Source of the DNA: Nitrospiria bacterium
GTDB lineage: Bacteria > Nitrospirota > Nitrospiria > JACQBZ01
Assembly: GCA_035498035.1 (NCBI GenBank)
Contig: DATKAN010000043.1
Span: 23,639 to 87,638, forward strand
Direction of reading: 5' to 3'
DNA length: 64,000 nucleotides
Part shown: one piece after another, positions 18,523-28,607 of the stretch
Layout: each line of letters starts with the position of its first letter
How positions within the stretch are numbered: the stretch's first letter is position 1
Translations under genes and position numbers: made by a program
The notes under the pieces: generated by a model
The model's database searches: none
Told to the model about the DNA's origin: nothing
What the model saw: only the letters and a program-made list of their open reading frames with translations

Positions 18523-19151
18523 GATTTAAAGTACTCCAACTTAAGCCGCGAAGCCCACATCCCGATCAACACGCCCAAAACGGCCCCGACGAAGACGTCC
18601 GAGGCGAAATGGGCGCCGATATAAATCCGTGTAAAGGCCACGAGGACAGCGAGAGAATACCAGGCCCATTGGCCGGCCGGGTAGAAGGCGGACAGAACCG
18701 CCGCCATGGCAAAGGATGACAGGGCGTGTCCGGATGGAAGAGAGTCATGGCCGCTTTGAAAAGAAGGACCCCAATCGACGATCCCCTGATCCGCCAGTCT
18801 GGGCCGTGGCCGTCCGATCAGGTGCTTGATCGTCTGAACCGCAAGACCGGAAACCGCCAGGGCAATCAGGCTCGACACGGCGGCCTTCTTCAATTTAAGG
18901 TTTTCTCGCAGGGAGCCGATTCCGAGGAGAACGGCCGCAATAAGCGCCTGGACCCACCCGACTCCCAGCCCGGTCAGGAAATGCATGAACCTGAGCAAGA
19001 CGGGATCCCGCAGACCTTTAAAGACACGGTAGATCAGGCCGTCTTCAAGAATGATTAACGGAAAAAGCCCTATAAGGATGAGCGTCCAGGTCAAACCCTT
19101 TCGGGTCATCTGCAAACGATCGGCACAATCCGAGATCGGATTAATCATCAA
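18519..19151 (-). CDS. PAP2-family phosphatase (phosphatidic acid phosphatase type 2 / lipid phosphate phosphatase)
   Basis: PAP2 signature motifs KHLIGRPRP, PSGH, and SRIYIGAHFASD. Confidence 0.7.
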   Translation of the reverse strand: MMINPISDCADRLQMTRKGLTWTLILIGLFPLIILEDGLIYRVFKGLRDPVLLRFMHFLTGLGVGWVQALIAAVLLGIGSLRENLKLKKAAVSSLIALAVSGLAVQTIKHLIGRPRPRLADQGIVDWGPSFQSGHDSLPSGHALSSFAMAAVLSAFYPAGQWAWYSLAVLVAFTRIYIGAHFASDVFVGAVLGVLIGMWASRLKLEYFKS

Positions 19152-20112
19152 ACCCCATCTTCTCTCGCAGAATATAAAGCGGACGGCGTTTGACTTCTTC
19201 GTAAGTTCGTCCCAGATACTCCCCCATCATTCCCAGAACAATCAGCTGGACACCGGCCAAGAAAAGGACCGCCACCATGAGTGAGCCCCACCCGTGAATG
19301 GGAAATCCCAGGAGCTCGGTCTGATTGAAGAAAAGACGCCCGAAAATCACAAACAGCCCGAAAAGAAAACTCACGACCGACACGATCAGCCCGAGATAGA
19401 TCGCCACGCGCAATGGAGCAAACGAAAAAGAGGTCACCCCATCCCAGGCCAGCTTGAGCATCTTGCCGAAGGGGTATTTTGTGCTTCCGGCAAACCGTTT
19501 ACTTCGTGGAAAAAGAACCCCCGTCTGGCGAAAGCCTACCCAGAGCGTCAGCCCGCGGACAAAGCGGTGACGTTCCCCAAGCGACCGAAACACGTCCACG
19601 ACTTTTCGGTCCAGCAGACGGAAGTCGCCGGCATCGACCGGAAGATCAAGATTCCCGATCTTTTGCATGAGGGCGTAAAACAGACGGGCCGTGGTCCGCT
19701 TAAACCAGGTGTCCGTTTCTCGACTTTCGCGAACGCCATAAACCACCTCATATCCGTCGCGCCATTTGTCCAGCAACCGAGGGATCGTCTCGGGCGGATC
19801 CTGAAGATCCGCGTCGATCACCACAACCGCATCCCCCTTCGCGTGATCCAATCCCGCCGTCAAGGCGATCTCGTGACCGAAATTTCTGGAGAACTGCAGC
19901 ACCTTGACGGATTTATCCCCCTGCATCAGTTCCGACAGAATCTTTGCGGTGCCGTCTTGGCTTCCATCATCCACAAAAATGATCTCCGTGCCCGATAAAC
20001 CGCGCAGTTCTGTAAGGACCGCGTGAAGCCGCTTGTAGAATTCCTGAAGAACCGCCTCTTCATTGTAAACCGGAACCACCACGCTCAGGAGGGGTCTATC
20101 CGGAATGGTCAT
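19141..20112 (-). CDS. family-2 glycosyltransferase (ArnC / dolichyl-phosphate mannose synthase-like)
   Basis: GT2 DXD region (VVVPVYNEE, IFVDDGSQDGT, VVIDADLQDPP) plus two C-terminal TM helices. ATG near 20112 with AGGAGG SD; the ORF is open to 20193. Confidence 0.8.
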   Translation of the reverse strand: MTIPDRPLLSVVVPVYNEEAVLQEFYKRLHAVLTELRGLSGTEIIFVDDGSQDGTAKILSELMQGDKSVKVLQFSRNFGHEIALTAGLDHAKGDAVVVIDADLQDPPETIPRLLDKWRDGYEVVYGVRESRETDTWFKRTTARLFYALMQKIGNLDLPVDAGDFRLLDRKVVDVFRSLGERHRFVRGLTLWVGFRQTGVLFPRSKRFAGSTKYPFGKMLKLAWDGVTSFSFAPLRVAIYLGLIVSVVSFLFGLFVIFGRLFFNQTELLGFPIHGWGSLMVAVLFLAGVQLIVLGMMGEYLGRTYEEVKRRPLYILREKMGFDD

Positions 20113-21412
20113 GTCGGCCTCCTGTCGCCTTGAGCCCTTCGAGATCCCGGGTAGCCTTGAGACCGATGTCCATCCGGCAATGCATGCCTTCAAACCGGAT
20201 CCGGCTGATCGCCTCGTAGGCGAGCTCCCGGGCTTGATGAAAATCGCGCCCGCTGGCCGTTACACCCAAGACGCGTCCTCCGGCCGTCACCAAGTTTCCA
20301 TCACGAAGTACCGTGCCGGCATGGAATACCACCACACCGTTCTTGGCCTCGGCCTGTTCGATCCCCCGGATCGGTCGACCGGATTCATAGGTCGCCGGAT
20401 ATCCTTTTGCAGTGAGAACGACGCAGACCGAAACCTTCGGACTCCAACGGGCGCGGATGCGATCCAAGGCTCCGACCGTCAAGGCCTCAAAAATTTCCAC
20501 CAGATCGCTTTCAAGTCGGGTTAAGATCACTTGGGTCTCGGGATCTCCGAAACGAGCGTTGTACTCCAAAACCTTCGGGCCGTTTTGGGTCAGCATCAGA
20601 CCCGCATACAGTATCCCTTGAAACGGCCGTCCCTCTTTGGCCAACCCGTCGATAGTGGGTCGGACGATTTCCCGAAGGACTTGTTCCTGCAGAGCTTCCG
20701 AAAGAACGGGCGCGGGTGAATAGGCGCCCATGCCGCCCGTGTTGGGACCCTGATCGTGATCAAAAATGCGTTTATGATCCTGCGACGTTACCATCGGGAC
20801 GATCGACTTTCCATCGGTGAAGACCAGGAAAGAGGCCTCTTCGCCTTCCAAGCGCTCCTCCAACAAAATCTGATTTCCGGCTTCACCGAATGTTTTCCGC
20901 CGCATGATCAGGTCGATCGCCTGAATCGCCTCGGTCTCATCCTGCGCCATGATGACCCCTTTGCCGGACGCCAGCCCGTCCACCTTAACCACGATAGGAC
21001 CCCTGTGATCTTTGGCATACTGCATCGCCGGTTCCGGTTCGCGAAAAACCCGGGCATGAGCGGTGGGAATCCGATGGCGTTCCATGAACGATTTAGAGAA
21101 GGCCTTGCTGGATTCGATCTCCGCCGCGGACTTGGACGGCCCGACGATCCGGAGTCCGGCTTGGCGAAAACAGTCCGCGATCCCCATCGTCAAGGGTCCC
21201 TCCGGACCCACGACGGTTAAATCAATCGCCTGGCTTATTGCAAAATCCAGGAGGCCGTTCAAGTCTTCTGCGGGGAGGGGGACACAACGGGCGTGACGGC
21301 CAATCCCGGGATTGCCGGGTGCGCAATAGAGCATTTCCACCCTGGGGCTCTGGGCCAACTTCCAGACCAGGGCATGCTCCCGACCGCCGCTTCCAATGAC
21401 GAGGATTTTCAT
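20096..21412 (-). CDS. purD: phosphoribosylamine--glycine ligase
   Basis: PurD family ([22 protein letters not shown]-grasp domain). Start taken at the internal ATG (~21412); the ORF is open to 21475. Confidence 0.9.
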   Translation of the reverse strand: MKILVIGSGGREHALVWKLAQSPRVEMLYCAPGNPGIGRHARCVPLPAEDLNGLLDFAISQAIDLTVVGPEGPLTMGIADCFRQAGLRIVGPSKSAAEIESSKAFSKSFMERHRIPTAHARVFREPEPAMQYAKDHRGPIVVKVDGLASGKGVIMAQDETEAIQAIDLIMRRKTFGEAGNQILLEERLEGEEASFLVFTDGKSIVPMVTSQDHKRIFDHDQGPNTGGMGAYSPAPVLSEALQEQVLREIVRPTIDGLAKEGRPFQGILYAGLMLTQNGPKVLEYNARFGDPETQVILTRLESDLVEIFEALTVGALDRIRARWSPKVSVCVVLTAKGYPATYESGRPIRGIEQAEAKNGVVVFHAGTVLRDGNLVTAGGRVLGVTASGRDFHQARELAYEAISRIRFEGMHCRMDIGLKATRDLEGLKATGGRHDHSG

Positions 21413-21530
21413 GGATGAAATTTTGGGCGTACCGTTGTAGGGGCAGGCCCCCGTGCTGGCCCTCTGGACGGGCAACCCCAGGGGGTCGTCCCCACGAAAT
21501 CACGCGAGGGTCTCTCAGAAAACCAAAAAA

Positions 21531-23099
21531 TTAATGTCTAAAATGACGCATGCCGGTCATCACCATGGCCATGTCGTGTTCATCGGCGGCCCGGATGACC
21601 TCTTCATCCTTGATCGACCCCCCGGGCTGGATGACCGCCCTGACGCCCGCTTTCGCGGCCTCGTCCAAACCATCGCGAAAAGGGAAGAAGGCGTCCGAGG
21701 CCATCACGGTTCCGGCCAGCGGGGATTGCGCTTTCATCATGGCAATTTTCACCGAATCGACCCGGCTCATCTGTCCGGCACCGATTCCGATCGTCTGGCC
21801 CGGTCGCGCATAAACGATGGCGTTTGACTTGACATGCTTGCAGACAATCCAGGCAAAGGCCATGGCTTCGTACTCTTCATCCGTGGGTTTGCGCTTCGTG
21901 ACGACCTTCAGTTTTCTCAGATCCTCGATCCGGCCCAGGTCGCGGTCCTGTAAAATCAACCCCCCGACGACCCGCTTGATGTCCATCTCGCCTCGTCGTT
22001 CCCAAGTCACTTTCAAATCAGGGCCGACATCCAGCAGACGAAGATCCTTCTTCTTTTTAAACACGTCCAGGGCGCCGCGTTCAAAGCCGGGGGCGATCAC
22101 GATCTCGACAAACATCCTGGCGATCTCTTCCGCCGTCTCGACATCCACAGGGCGGTTGAAAGCGATGACCCCGCCGAAGGCCGACACCGGATCCGTGGCC
22201 CGGGCCTTCGTGTAGGCTTCGAGGATTGTTTCTCCGGTGGCCACCCCGCACGGGTTGTTGTGCTTGATGATCACGGCCGCCGTCTCGTTAAATTCCTTCA
22301 CGAGCTCCAGGCCGGCGTTGGCGTCCAGAAAATTATTGAAGGACATCGCCTTGCCGTGCAGTTGTTTGGCCGTCGACACCGAAGGCTCGGAGAGCTGGAA
22401 CTCGCGATAGAAAGCGGCCTGCTGGTGCGGATTCTCCCCGTAACGGAGATCCTCGACCTTCTCAAACTGCAGCGTGAAGATGCCGGGAAATCGTACGCGA
22501 TCCGGTTCTTTCCCTTGGTTCTCAAGATAGGAGGAGATCACGCTGTCATAACGGGCGGTGTGGTTGAAGACTTTTTTCGCAAGTCCCAGACGCGTTTCCC
22601 GGGAAATCGTCCCGTTGTGGCTTCGAAGCTCTTCCAACACTTTCGGATAATCACGGGGGTCGACGATGACCGTCACGTGCTCGAAGTTTTTGGCCGAGGA
22701 CCGCAGCATGGCCGGTCCGCCGATGTCGATGTTCTCGATCGCCTCTTCGAAACGGACGTTCGGCTTGGCCACGGTCGCTTCGAAGGGATAGAGATTCACC
22801 GCGACGAGATCGATCGGCTCCAGGCCCTGCTGCTTCATTTGGGCCACATGCGTCGGATCGTCCCGTTTCGCCAAGAGTCCGCCGTGAATCTTGGGATGAA
22901 GCGTCTTGACGCGGCCGTCCAGCATCTCCGGAAAGCCGGTGAATTCAGCCACATCCTTGACCGGAATGCCCGCCTCTTTTAATGTCTTGGCCGTTCCCCC
23001 GGTGGAGAGGATCTCGACCCCCAGCGCGGCCAGCCCCTTGGCCAACTCGACCACGCCTTCTTTATTCGACACGCTGATTAATGCCCGTTGAATCTTCAT
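21531..23099 (-). CDS. purH: bifunctional AICAR transformylase / IMP cyclohydrolase
   Basis: PurH family (MGS-like domain [10 protein letters not shown]...STGGTAK and AICARFT domain). ATG at ~23099 is preceded by a GAGGA SD; the ORF is open further upstream. Confidence 0.9.
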   Translation of the reverse strand: MKIQRALISVSNKEGVVELAKGLAALGVEILSTGGTAKTLKEAGIPVKDVAEFTGFPEMLDGRVKTLHPKIHGGLLAKRDDPTHVAQMKQQGLEPIDLVAVNLYPFEATVAKPNVRFEEAIENIDIGGPAMLRSSAKNFEHVTVIVDPRDYPKVLEELRSHNGTISRETRLGLAKKVFNHTARYDSVISSYLENQGKEPDRVRFPGIFTLQFEKVEDLRYGENPHQQAAFYREFQLSEPSVSTAKQLHGKAMSFNNFLDANAGLELVKEFNETAAVIIKHNNPCGVATGETILEAYTKARATDPVSAFGGVIAFNRPVDVETAEEIARMFVEIVIAPGFERGALDVFKKKKDLRLLDVGPDLKVTWERRGEMDIKRVVGGLILQDRDLGRIEDLRKLKVVTKRKPTDEEYEAMAFAWIVCKHVKSNAIVYARPGQTIGIGAGQMSRVDSVKIAMMKAQSPLAGTVMASDAFFPFRDGLDEAAKAGVRAVIQPGGSIKDEEVIRAADEHDMAMVMTGMRHFRH

Positions 23100-23121
23100 T
23101 TTTTTCCTCGATGATATTGAT

Positions 23122-23685
23122 CTACCCCGCGCTGAACCAATACCGCAAACCGATTGCGAAGATGCCCAGGGCGACCGCCAGGGCCGTTCCGTCTTCGCTG
23201 TTTTCATAAAACCATTTCCGTTCCCACCGACCGGTTCCCCGTCCCGGATAGGGGTGAAGGCTTGGCAGATAATCCGGAACGGCCCGATCATAATCGTCCC
23301 AGGCCTGACCGAAATGCTCGCGCAACCTTTTCCCTTCGCGTTTCTTTTTGAACGGAGCATAGTAAACAAAAAAAATCGCCAGACCCATGACGAGAAGATA
23401 AAGGTTCCGGGCCATGAGGCAGAATCCGATCAGGATCAAAAGCGTCCCAAGATAGAGCGGATTCTTCACATAAGCGTAGGGCCCGGTAGTCGTGACCTCT
23501 TTGGTTTTTTTTAAATGGCCCGCGGCCCAGACCCGTAACGCTTCTCCAGCGAGAACGATCAGGAGACCCGGAATAAACCCGCCGAGGGTCGGACGGGCGA
23601 AGATGATCAGAAGGATCAGGGCGAGATAGACCGGGACTGTTTTTATCGTTACGCGCTTGTATCGCTCGGCCAAGGGTGTCGCCAC
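23122..23685 (-). CDS. isoprenylcysteine carboxyl methyltransferase (ICMT) / phospholipid methyltransferase-family membrane protein
   Basis: Multi-TM protein with [15 protein letters not shown] and a downstream [17 protein letters not shown] region resembling the ICMT/PEMT signature; the usual RHP is replaced by KNP. Confidence 0.5.
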   Translation of the reverse strand: MATPLAERYKRVTIKTVPVYLALILLIIFARPTLGGFIPGLLIVLAGEALRVWAAGHLKKTKEVTTTGPYAYVKNPLYLGTLLILIGFCLMARNLYLLVMGLAIFFVYYAPFKKKREGKRLREHFGQAWDDYDRAVPDYLPSLHPYPGRGTGRWERKWFYENSEDGTALAVALGIFAIGLRYWFSAG

Positions 23686-23981
23686 GTTCTCTCCGTATAC
23701 TAGGGGCTCGCGACGTCCCCTCCACCCGCGAAGAGGGGGGAGCCCCCCCTCGCCCGCTTGGCTCGCTGGATTCGGACAAGGGAAACCTGAACCTCACTTG
23801 AATCCGCATAGCGAGCGCGATTTCCGCCTGTGAAGGCGGATCGGCGAGCGAATAAAAAAATATAGACTTTTTCCCCACGGATCGAAGAACCCTCGGCTGG
23901 GTAGCCGGGGTTCTTCAAAAGTGTCGGTAGAATACCAGATACCCGGCGGAAATTCAAGGAGGAATTGATTCCCCCGTCCAT

Positions 23982-24866
23982 TTATGCGGCTCTCGGACGC
24001 CGCTCGGGATCAAGGGCATCACGCAGGGCGTCGCCCAGGACGTTGAAGGCGACCATCGTCAGAAACAAAACAAGGCTCGGGAACAAAATCAGATGGGGAT
24101 AGTACTTCATCGCGCTCCAGCCCTCGTTCGCCATGCTGCCCCAGCTGGCAAACGGGGGCGCGATTCCGAGGCCGATAAAACTCAAGGTGGATTCGGCCAG
24201 GATCGCGGCCGGTATGCGGAATGTCAGGGTCACGATCAGCACGCCCAGCGTATTGGGAAGAATATGGACGAGCAGGATCCGGTGATGCGGCGCGCCGACG
24301 GCGCGGGCGGCCTCCACATAGCTGAACTCCCGCAGCCTCAAGACCTCTCCTCGAATGATCCGCGCCACCGTCACCCAGCTCACGAGGCTTAAGGCCAGAA
24401 ATATCCCCAGTACCCCCCGTCCGATCGTCACCGTGATCAGAATAATCAACAGGAGGTCCGGCAGCGCATAGACCAGATCCACGAACCGCATGAGGAGGTT
24501 GTCCGTTCTTCCTCCCACGTATCCGGACGCGGCGCCGTAAACCGTGCCGAACATCACAGCAAACAGCGCCGTAAAGACCCCGACCGCCATGGACATCCGC
24601 GCGCCGAAAAGCAATCGGGAAAAAAGGTCCCGTCCGAGACGGTCCGTACCCATCCAGTGTTGCGGACTCGGGCCCTGAAGGATGGAATGGGTATCCTGCT
24701 GATCGTATGGATAGGGCGCCAGCCATGGAGCGGCCAGCGCCGCCACCCCGATCAACAGGATAAATCCCCCGCTGATGAGGATTCTGGAATGGGATCGAAT
24801 GAATCGCTGAACCGTCATGAGATTCCGCACGCGGGACCCGGAATTCCGCCGGCCCGTCTCCGCCAC
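23982..24866 (-). CDS. oppC: oligopeptide/dipeptide ABC transporter permease (OppC/DppC-like)
   Basis: BPD_transp_1 permease with EAA-like loop (EAARAVGAPHHRILLVHILPN). Confidence 0.8.
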   Translation of the reverse strand: MAETGRRNSGSRVRNLMTVQRFIRSHSRILISGGFILLIGVAALAAPWLAPYPYDQQDTHSILQGPSPQHWMGTDRLGRDLFSRLLFGARMSMAVGVFTALFAVMFGTVYGAASGYVGGRTDNLLMRFVDLVYALPDLLLIILITVTIGRGVLGIFLALSLVSWVTVARIIRGEVLRLREFSYVEAARAVGAPHHRILLVHILPNTLGVLIVTLTFRIPAAILAESTLSFIGLGIAPPFASWGSMANEGWSAMKYYPHLILFPSLVLFLTMVAFNVLGDALRDALDPERRPRAA

Positions 24867-24869
24867 CCT

Positions 24870-25793
24870 CTAATGATCCCTAATCCGCATCCTCGGATCC
24901 AACCATATATAAACCAGGTCCACCACGATGTTCGCCGCCACAATCAGCACGGCGTAGATCAGCGTCACCCCCATGATCAGCGGGTAATCACGATTGGTTA
25001 CGGCCGTGATAAAATATCGACCCATTCCCGGAACCGAAAAGATAAATTCAACCACAAAGGACCCGGTGACCAGCGTCGCCGTCAACGGACCGAGGAAGGA
25101 TACCACCGGAGTGATCGAATTTTTCAGGGCATGCTTGAAGAGTACCCGCCGCTCGCCGAAACCCTTGGCCCGGACGGTCCGTATGAAATCCTTATTTAGA
25201 ACTTCCAGCATGCTCGACCGGGTCAACCTCGCGATATAGGCCGCGGGCAACAGGGCCAGGGTGACGGCGGGAAGGACACTGTAACGCCATCCCTCCCAAA
25301 GCGCCGCCGGAAACAGGTGAAGACGGTAACTGAAAATCAAGATGAGGAACGTGCCGATGACAAAACTCGGCACCGAAATCCCGGCCGTGGCCAGAAACAT
25401 GGCGGCGTGGTCCATCCAGGAAAGCGGCCGTGCGGCCGCAAGGATCCCGGCGCCGACACCCAGGAGGATCGAAATCAAAACGGCCCAAAGGCCGAGTTGC
25501 ATCGAAACCGGAAAGGTCTCCCGGATCATGTCGTTCACATTCCGTCCGAGATATTTATACGAGGGCCCGAAGTCCCCCCGCAGGAGGTCTCCAAGATAAA
25601 AAACATACTGGGTTAAAACGGGCCGATCCAAATGGTATTTGGAATCGACATTCGCCCGGATTTCGGGCGGCAGTGATTTTTCCTGGTCAAAGGGTCCTCC
25701 GGGGATCACATGCATCAGAACGAAGGTCGCCGTGGCCACCAGCCATAGCACGGGGATTCCCCAGGCCAATCTCTTCAGAGTATATCCTATCAA
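24870..25793 (-). CDS. oppB: oligopeptide/dipeptide ABC transporter permease (OppB/DppB-like)
   Basis: Permease with N-terminal MIGYTLKRL...HVIPGGPFD and conserved loop RTVRAKGFGERRVLFKHALKN. Confidence 0.8.
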   Translation of the reverse strand: MIGYTLKRLAWGIPVLWLVATATFVLMHVIPGGPFDQEKSLPPEIRANVDSKYHLDRPVLTQYVFYLGDLLRGDFGPSYKYLGRNVNDMIRETFPVSMQLGLWAVLISILLGVGAGILAAARPLSWMDHAAMFLATAGISVPSFVIGTFLILIFSYRLHLFPAALWEGWRYSVLPAVTLALLPAAYIARLTRSSMLEVLNKDFIRTVRAKGFGERRVLFKHALKNSITPVVSFLGPLTATLVTGSFVVEFIFSVPGMGRYFITAVTNRDYPLIMGVTLIYAVLIVAANIVVDLVYIWLDPRMRIRDH

Positions 25794-27379
25794 GGTTTCT
25801 CCAGGCGGACGTCCTTCAACTCGAGCAGCTCGAGGGGATTGATTCGAAGTCCGCGGACGTAAGGTTTGATCACCCAGTTCTGGGTCGCCACGAAGAGCGG
25901 CATGATCGCCGCATCCGTTTCAAGAAGTATTCGCTGGGCTTCATCGTAGGCCTTCTGCCTGTGGACAGGGTCGGAATCGGCCGAGGCGGATCGGATCAGC
26001 TCATCGTACCGATCGTTTCTCCACCGGGTCCGATTGTTCCCGCTGGTCGAGGTGAACAAATTCATGAAATTATCCGGATCGGGATAATCGGCTCCCCACC
26101 CCAGGCGGAACAAGGGCGGCGGGTCCGTCTGAAGCTGCTTGAGATAGACCTTCCATTCCTGGTTGTCCAGCCGGACTTCCACGCCCAGGTTCCGTTTCCA
26201 TTGCGCCTGGAGATTCTCGGCGATCAGGCTGTTTTCCGGGCTGGTATTGAAAACCGCCGTGACGGTCGGGAAACCCCGCCCGTCCGGAAAACCCGCCCCG
26301 GCCAGCAGCCTTCGCGCGGCTTCGGGATCGAAGGGCAGACCGATCGCGGGGTTATGGTAGGGCATTCCCGGAGGAACCCAGAAGGTCGCCGGGATCTCGC
26401 CCCGTTTCAGGATGGCGGGAAATTCCGTACGGTCGATCGCCATTGAAAAGGCGCGACGGATTCGGGGATCCGTGAATGGCGCCTTCTGCACATTAAAGCC
26501 GTAATAATATCCGCGGAGGATAGGGGCCGTTACATATTCGGACCTCCCGCGGTAGGTGGCCATCGCCTCGGGCGGAACCGTGGCCATTTCCAGATCACCG
26601 GTCTCGTAAAGGGTCAACGCGGTCGTGGTTTCATTGACGACGAACAGGGTCACCTTCCTCAGTGCGGGTTCGGGTCCGTAGTAATAGGGGTTTGGAGACA
26701 AGGTGAGCTTATATTCGTGCCGCCATTCGCCCAGCATGAAAGGGCCGTCGGTCACGATCCGGCCCGGCTCGGTCCATCTCTCACCGAATTTCTCGACGAT
26801 ATCGCGGCGCATGGGGAAGGTGACCATGAACGTGGTGATGCTCGGGAAAAAAACGATCGGTTTTCTCAGACGGACCTCAAGCGTCCGCTTGTCCAGCGCG
26901 CGGACCCCGACCGAGTCCGGTCGATCCGCCTTTCCGGTGTTATAATCCTCGGCGCCCTCGATGTCGTACAGAAAGTAGGCGTACTCCGCAGCGGTTTTCG
27001 GATTCAAGAGGCGCTTCCAGGAATACTCGAAATCTCCGGCCGTGACCGGTTCTCCGTCGCTCCAGCGGGCGTCTTCACGAAGGTGAAAAAGATAGGTGCG
27101 GCCATCGGGTGAGACGTCCCAGGAACGGGCCACGGCCGGGCGCGGACGGAGATGTTCGTCATATTCCGTGAGACCTTCCATCAGGTTGATCAAAACGTCG
27201 AACGAAACGCTGTCGGTGGCCAGATTCCAATCGAGCGTGGGCGGTTCGTTCGAAAGCGTCATCCGAAAGGTCGATCCATCCAAGGCCCGGGGGGCGCGCG
27301 CCCCGGCGCGGACAAACACGACAGCCAACACCAGTCCAACGATCACGGTCCCTGTGATGATTCTTCGCTCCATCGGCAA
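25790..27379 (-). CDS. oppA: ABC transporter substrate-binding protein, peptide/nickel family 5 (OppA/DppA-like)
   Basis: Signal peptide and family-5 solute-binding fold motifs; 529 aa. Confidence 0.8.
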   Translation of the reverse strand: MPMERRIITGTVIVGLVLAVVFVRAGARAPRALDGSTFRMTLSNEPPTLDWNLATDSVSFDVLINLMEGLTEYDEHLRPRPAVARSWDVSPDGRTYLFHLREDARWSDGEPVTAGDFEYSWKRLLNPKTAAEYAYFLYDIEGAEDYNTGKADRPDSVGVRALDKRTLEVRLRKPIVFFPSITTFMVTFPMRRDIVEKFGERWTEPGRIVTDGPFMLGEWRHEYKLTLSPNPYYYGPEPALRKVTLFVVNETTTALTLYETGDLEMATVPPEAMATYRGRSEYVTAPILRGYYYGFNVQKAPFTDPRIRRAFSMAIDRTEFPAILKRGEIPATFWVPPGMPYHNPAIGLPFDPEAARRLLAGAGFPDGRGFPTVTAVFNTSPENSLIAENLQAQWKRNLGVEVRLDNQEWKVYLKQLQTDPPPLFRLGWGADYPDPDNFMNLFTSTSGNNRTRWRNDRYDELIRSASADSDPVHRQKAYDEAQRILLETDAAIMPLFVATQNWVIKPYVRGLRINPLELLELKDVRLEKP

Positions 27380-27623
27380 CCGATTATTTGGAAGGATTGA
27401 AATCCTCCGCCTGATTATATATGATGCCGTTTCAAAATACTATTTATTAGGGGCTCAAGTCGCGGCCAATCGTGTCTGGGGCCCGTGCGGCGCTGTCTAT
27501 CCTCCGTCGCCCCCGGACCCCGCGCTCAGACCGGCGAAGCCGGAGAAAGCCTCCCCTCCCCGCTCGCCTGGACTGCCGGGAAGGTCCAAGGACAGGGCGG
27601 GGAGGAATTGACCCAAGAGGAAA

Positions 27624-28586
27624 ATGATGAAACCCGGAGTCTTTCTCACACGCGTTTTGCCGCCGCCCGTGATGCAGCGGCTGAAAACCCAGTTCGATCT
27701 GAAATATAACCTCCATGACCGTCCGCTGACCAAACCGGAACTGATAAGAGGGATGCAGGGAAGACCGGCGTTGATTTCAATGCTATCGGACCCGATCGAC
27801 GCCGAGGTGATCGCGAGCCATTCCGGATTGAGGGTCATCGCTAATTATGCCGTAGGTTACAACAACATCGACATGAAAGCGGCCGCGGCCCGGCGAATCA
27901 CCGTCACGAACACGCCGGGCGTGCTCACGGAGGCCACCGCCGATCTGACCTGGTCTTTGATCTTGAGTCTCGCAAGGCGCGTCGTGGAAGGCGACCGTCT
28001 CGTCCGCACCGGCCGATGGACGGGATGGAATCCCACTCAGCTTCTGGGAACGCAGGTCTCCGGAAAGATCTTGGGGCTTATCGGAATGGGACGGATCGGC
28101 CGGGCCGTCGCCGAGAGAGCCGCCGGCTTCGGCATGCGCCTGCTCTATCACAACCGCCGGCGCTTACCCAAGCCCATCGAGAAAAATCTTCACGTTACCT
28201 ACCGGTCGCTCCCGCGACTGCTCGCAGCCGCCGATTTCGTCAGCTTGCACGTCCCGCTCACGTCCGGAACCCGTCACCTGATCAATCGCCGGGCATTCGA
28301 CCGCATGAAGAAAACGGCCCTTCTCATTAACACGGCCAGGGGTCCCGTGGTGGACGAAAAGGCCCTTGTAACGGCATTAAAGAACGGGAAAATAGCCGGG
28401 GCCGGACTGGATGTTTTCGAAGAAGAACCCGCGGTTCAAAGAGCCCTTCTGTCTCTGCAGAATGTCGTATTGCTGCCCCATCTCGGCAGCGCCACGGTCG
28501 AGACCCGAGTTCGAATGGGTTGGGTGGTGATCGAAAATATTCATGCGGTTTTGAAAGGAAAACCGGCGCCCAACGCGGTCCGCTAG
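27624..28586 (+). CDS. D-2-hydroxyacid dehydrogenase (glyoxylate/hydroxypyruvate reductase family)
   Basis: NAD-binding GLIGMGRIGRAVA motif and catalytic region (INTARGPVVDE...LLPHLGSAT). Confidence 0.8.
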   Translation: MMKPGVFLTRVLPPPVMQRLKTQFDLKYNLHDRPLTKPELIRGMQGRPALISMLSDPIDAEVIASHSGLRVIANYAVGYNNIDMKAAAARRITVTNTPGVLTEATADLTWSLILSLARRVVEGDRLVRTGRWTGWNPTQLLGTQVSGKILGLIGMGRIGRAVAERAAGFGMRLLYHNRRRLPKPIEKNLHVTYRSLPRLLAAADFVSLHVPLTSGTRHLINRRAFDRMKKTALLINTARGPVVDEKALVTALKNGKIAGAGLDVFEEEPAVQRALLSLQNVVLLPHLGSATVETRVRMGWVVIENIHAVLKGKPAPNAVR

Positions 28587-28607
28587 CGAGCAGGAAACGG
28601 ACCTTTT

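Noticed and set aside
23700-23981. 93-aa minus-strand ORF in the oppC-methyltransferase spacer
   Set aside because: Overlaps several strong inverted repeats, has no SD and no motif; looks like structured non-coding sequence.
25430-26446. 338-aa plus-strand ORF, and similar long plus-strand ORFs at 54203-55453, 45096-45851, 52057-53229, 13230-14372
   Set aside because: All are antisense to strongly supported minus-strand genes (oppA/oppB, ppdK, ribE, the epimerase gene, the histidine kinase) and have Arg/Gly/Pro-biased composition without recognisable motifs.
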